A stretch of DNA of 63,983 bases, counting the filler, from Lentisphaeria bacterium (lineage in GTDB: Bacteria > Verrucomicrobiota > Lentisphaeria > JABSQK01 > JAWLHB01), in NCBI GenBank assembly GCA_041690595.1. It is 3 parts of 3 records of this genome, joined end to end, with 100 filler letters (N's around TTAATTAATTAA, not from the genome) between each part and the next. Parts side by side here need not be neighbours in the genome. Positions count along the whole stretch, not along the records: positions 60,746 to 63,983 come from JAWLHB010000097.1; 2 more parts are not named here. One strand, written 5' to 3'. The number at the start of each line of letters is the position of its first letter. The first letter of the stretch is position 1. The notes under the pieces were generated by a model. That model was not told where the DNA came from. It ran no database searches and saw only the letters and a program-made list of their open reading frames with translations. Shown piece by piece: positions 61,212 through 63,983 of this stretch. The translations under genes were made by a program, and so were the position numbers.

Positions 61212-61270
61212 ACTTCGCCGCCTCCAGCCTGCCTAGGACGGGGTCATCCCGAATTCCAGGAGGCCGAAGC

Positions 61271-61723
61271 ATGGCTGAAATCTTAACGAAATCGCGGGCG
61301 CGCAACATCTTCTACGGAGGCTCGATCTTCTTTGTCGTGATCTTCGTGGGGATGACCGTCCATTCCCACCGATACGTGGTGAACGCATCGACAGCAGGCA
61401 TGCCGCTGAGCGAGGAGGTCGTTCACGGCAAGCATGTGTGGGAGGAGAACTCCTGCATCAACTGTCACAGCCTGCATGGCGAGGGCGCCTATTTCGCCCC
61501 CGAGGTCGGCAACGTGATGACCCGTTGGGGTGTGCAGGACAGCCCAGAGGGCGCGTTCGAAATCCTCAAGAGCTGGATGGAGAGCCAACCCAGCGGCGTA
61601 GAAGGCCGGCGCCAGATGCCGAACTTCAATCTCAGTGACGAAGACATTCGCGGTCTCGCGGAATTCCTGCGCTGGGCCGATCAGACAGACACGCAGGGCT
61701 GGCCGCCCAACGACGCCGGTTAA
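61271..61723 (+). CDS. norC: Nitric oxide reductase cytochrome c subunit
   Basis: ARNIFYGGS, CINCH, GEGAYFAPE, RRQMP and WPPN. Confidence 0.96.
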   Translation: MAEILTKSRARNIFYGGSIFFVVIFVGMTVHSHRYVVNASTAGMPLSEEVVHGKHVWEENSCINCHSLHGEGAYFAPEVGNVMTRWGVQDSPEGAFEILKSWMESQPSGVEGRRQMPNFNLSDEDIRGLAEFLRWADQTDTQGWPPNDAG

Positions 61724-61735
61724 GGAGGCAAACCG

Positions 61736-63085
61736 ATGAAATACCAATCTCAGAAAGTGGCGTACTGGTACTTCCTCGCCGCGCTCGCATTATTTGCCAT
61801 CCAGGTGCTGGGCGGTCTGCTGGCGGGCTGGGTCTACGTCTCGCCGAACTTCCTGGCCGAGATCGTGCCCTTCAGCGTCATCCGCATGATCCACACCAAC
61901 GCCCTGATCGTCTGGCTTCTGCTGGGCTTCTTCGGTGCAGCCTATTTCCTCATTCCCGAGGAATCGGAACGCGAGATATGGTCGCCGAAACTGGCCTATC
62001 TGCAGTTGATCATCCTCGTCGTCGGCGCGCTCGGGGCCGTCGGCTCCTACCTTGTCGGCATCCACGGCGGGCGCGAGTTCCTCGAACAGCCGCTTTGGGT
62101 CAAGTTCGGCATCCTCGTGGCCGCGCTCATGTTCCTGCTCAACGTGTCGATGACCGTGCTTGCGGGCAAGAAGACCGCGATCACCAACGTGCTCCTGCTG
62201 GGGCTGTGGCTGTTGTCGCTGCTCTGGGTCTTTGCCTTCATCAACCCCGACAACCTGTCGCTGGACAAGATGTACTGGTGGTTCGTCGTGCACCTCTGGG
62301 TCGAGGCGACCTGGGAACTGGTGATGGCGGCGATCTTGGCCTTCCTGCTCCTCAAGCTGACCGGCGTTGACCGCGAAGTGGTGGAGAAATGGCTCTACGT
62401 CATCGTCGCCACCGCGCTTTTCTCGGGCATCCTCGGCACCGGGCACCACTTCTACTGGATCGGCCTGCCGGGCTACTGGCAGTGGGTCGGCTCGATCTTC
62501 TCGACCTTCGAGGTGATCCCGTTCTTCCTGATGATGTCGTTCGCTTTCGTCATGGTCTGGAAAGGCCGCAGAAACCACCCGAACAAGGCGGCGCTGCTGT
62601 GGTCGCTGGGCTCGTCCACCGTGGCCTTCTTCGGCGCGGGTGTCTGGGGCTTCCTGCATACGCTGCACGGGGTGAACTTCTACAGCCACGGCACGCAGAT
62701 CACCGCCGCGCACGGCCACCTTGCCTTCTACGGCGCCTACGTGGCCCTGAACCTCGCGGTCTTCACCTACGCGATGCCGATGCTGCGTCAACGCGCGCCC
62801 TACAATCAGGTGCTCAACATGGCGTCCTTCTGGCTGATGACCGGCGGCATGGCCTTCATGACCTTCGTGCTGACCTTCGCGGGCACCATCCAGACGCATA
62901 TGCAGCGCGTCGTCGGTGACTACTACATGGAAGTGCAGGACAGCCTGTCGGTGTTCTACCTGATGCGCTGGGGGGCCGGACTGGCCGTGGTGATCGGTGC
63001 GATCCTGTTCATCTATTCCACGCTGGTTGTGCGCAAATCCGAGGTTATCGCCCCCGGTGCCGCCAACCGCGTTCCGGGAGAATAA
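61736..63085 (+). CDS. norB: Nitric oxide reductase large subunit
   Basis: VVHLWVE, GTGHH and AHGHLAFYG. Confidence 0.97.
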   Translation: MKYQSQKVAYWYFLAALALFAIQVLGGLLAGWVYVSPNFLAEIVPFSVIRMIHTNALIVWLLLGFFGAAYFLIPEESEREIWSPKLAYLQLIILVVGALGAVGSYLVGIHGGREFLEQPLWVKFGILVAALMFLLNVSMTVLAGKKTAITNVLLLGLWLLSLLWVFAFINPDNLSLDKMYWWFVVHLWVEATWELVMAAILAFLLLKLTGVDREVVEKWLYVIVATALFSGILGTGHHFYWIGLPGYWQWVGSIFSTFEVIPFFLMMSFAFVMVWKGRRNHPNKAALLWSLGSSTVAFFGAGVWGFLHTLHGVNFYSHGTQITAAHGHLAFYGAYVALNLAVFTYAMPMLRQRAPYNQVLNMASFWLMTGGMAFMTFVLTFAGTIQTHMQRVVGDYYMEVQDSLSVFYLMRWGAGLAVVIGAILFIYSTLVVRKSEVIAPGAANRVPGE

Positions 63086-63088
63086 GCG

Positions 63089-63883
63089 ATGAACATGCAA
63101 GTCTCGCCAACCCTGCCATTCTATCACCCCACCGGCCGCGAATGCGAGTTGTTCGAAACGGCCTATGACCACGGTTTGCCTCTTCTTCTGAAGGGGCCGA
63201 CCGGCTGCGGCAAAACCCGCTTCGTCGAGCACATGGCGGCGCGCCTGGGCAAGCCGCTCTATACCGTGGCCTGTCACGACGACCTGTCGGCGGCGGACCT
63301 GATCGGGCGCTACCTTCTCAAGGGGGGCGAGACCGTCTGGGTCGATGGGCCGCTCACCCGCGCGGTGCGCGAAGGGGGCATCTGCTATCTCGACGAGGTG
63401 GTCGAAGCGCGCAAGGATGTCACCGTCGTGCTGCACCCGCTGACCGACACGCGCCGCACGCTGATGATCGACCGCACCGGCGAAGAGCTCGTCGCACCCC
63501 GCGACTTCATGTTGGTGGCCAGCTATAACCCCGGCTACCAGAACGTGCTCAAACGGCTGAAGCCCTCGACGCGGCAGCGGTTCCTGTCGATCTCGTTCGA
63601 CTTTCCCGATGCCGAGACCGAGATCGCCGTCGTCGCCCGGGAAAGCCGGCTGGATCCGGCGCGGGTGGCCCCGTTGGTGCGCTTGGCCCAGTCCATTCGC
63701 AACCTGTCGGGCATGGACCTGGAAGAGGGCGTGTCGACCCGGCTTCTGACCTACGCGGCCACGCTGATCGCCGGGTCCATGGGGGTCGAGCAGGCGCTGG
63801 AGGCCGCCGTCATCGAGCCACTGAGCGACGAGCCGGACGTGCAGCAGGCGCTGCGCGACCTGATCGCGACGATCTACGGGTAA
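63089..63883 (+). CDS. norQ: NorQ/CbbQ AAA+ ATPase
   Basis: GPTGCGKT, CYLDE, SYNPGYQ and LKPSTRQRF. Confidence 0.95.
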   Translation: MNMQVSPTLPFYHPTGRECELFETAYDHGLPLLLKGPTGCGKTRFVEHMAARLGKPLYTVACHDDLSAADLIGRYLLKGGETVWVDGPLTRAVREGGICYLDEVVEARKDVTVVLHPLTDTRRTLMIDRTGEELVAPRDFMLVASYNPGYQNVLKRLKPSTRQRFLSISFDFPDAETEIAVVARESRLDPARVAPLVRLAQSIRNLSGMDLEEGVSTRLLTYAATLIAGSMGVEQALEAAVIEPLSDEPDVQQALRDLIATIYG

Positions 63884-63888
63884 AGACC

Positions 63889-63983
63889 ATGCACCTTCTC
63901 GATCTGATGGACCCGGAAGAAACGGTCGGACACATCTGGCACGACATGGCCAGCCGGATCGGGGCGGAGGTCAGCTATCCCGA
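63889..63983 (+). CDS. norD: NorD, 5' end only
   Basis: MHLLDLMDPEETVGHIWH directly after norQ; runs off the window. Confidence 0.75.
   Translation, partial: MHLLDLMDPEETVGHIWHDMASRIGAEVSYP

Overview
The window is three contigs joined by artificial N/TTAATTAATTAA linkers (1-31478, 31579-60645, 60746-63983). Contigs 1 and 2 look like a high-GC PVC-group bacterium, probably Lentisphaerae-like; this is inferred from gene content only. Contig 1 begins with a truncated MmeI-type restriction-modification gene and a mosaic REP-like array. Three GntR-headed carbohydrate/sulfate-catabolism operons follow: a GH78-like hydrolase, enolase and oxidoreductase; a beta-helix lipoprotein with three sulfatases; and two giant paralogous secreted proteins. 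Two of these operons carry prepilin-type H-X9-DG proteins. Contig 1 ends with a RAYT/Y1 HUH transposase next to a polarised 24/25-bp tandem array. Contig 2 holds a YD/RHS-like gene with AT-richer secreted orphans, an APC permease, a CE15 esterase, aroK, an orphan methyltransferase, a REC-Ser/Thr kinase, an RsbRST stressosome operon, a cytochrome c-PQQ dehydrogenase, two glycan-active genes, tRNA-Val(TAC), a repeat-expanded lipoprotein and several dispersed repeat families. Contig 3 is an alphaproteobacterial-type nnrR/norCBQD locus, probably from another organism. All family calls come from motifs read by eye; no searches were run.
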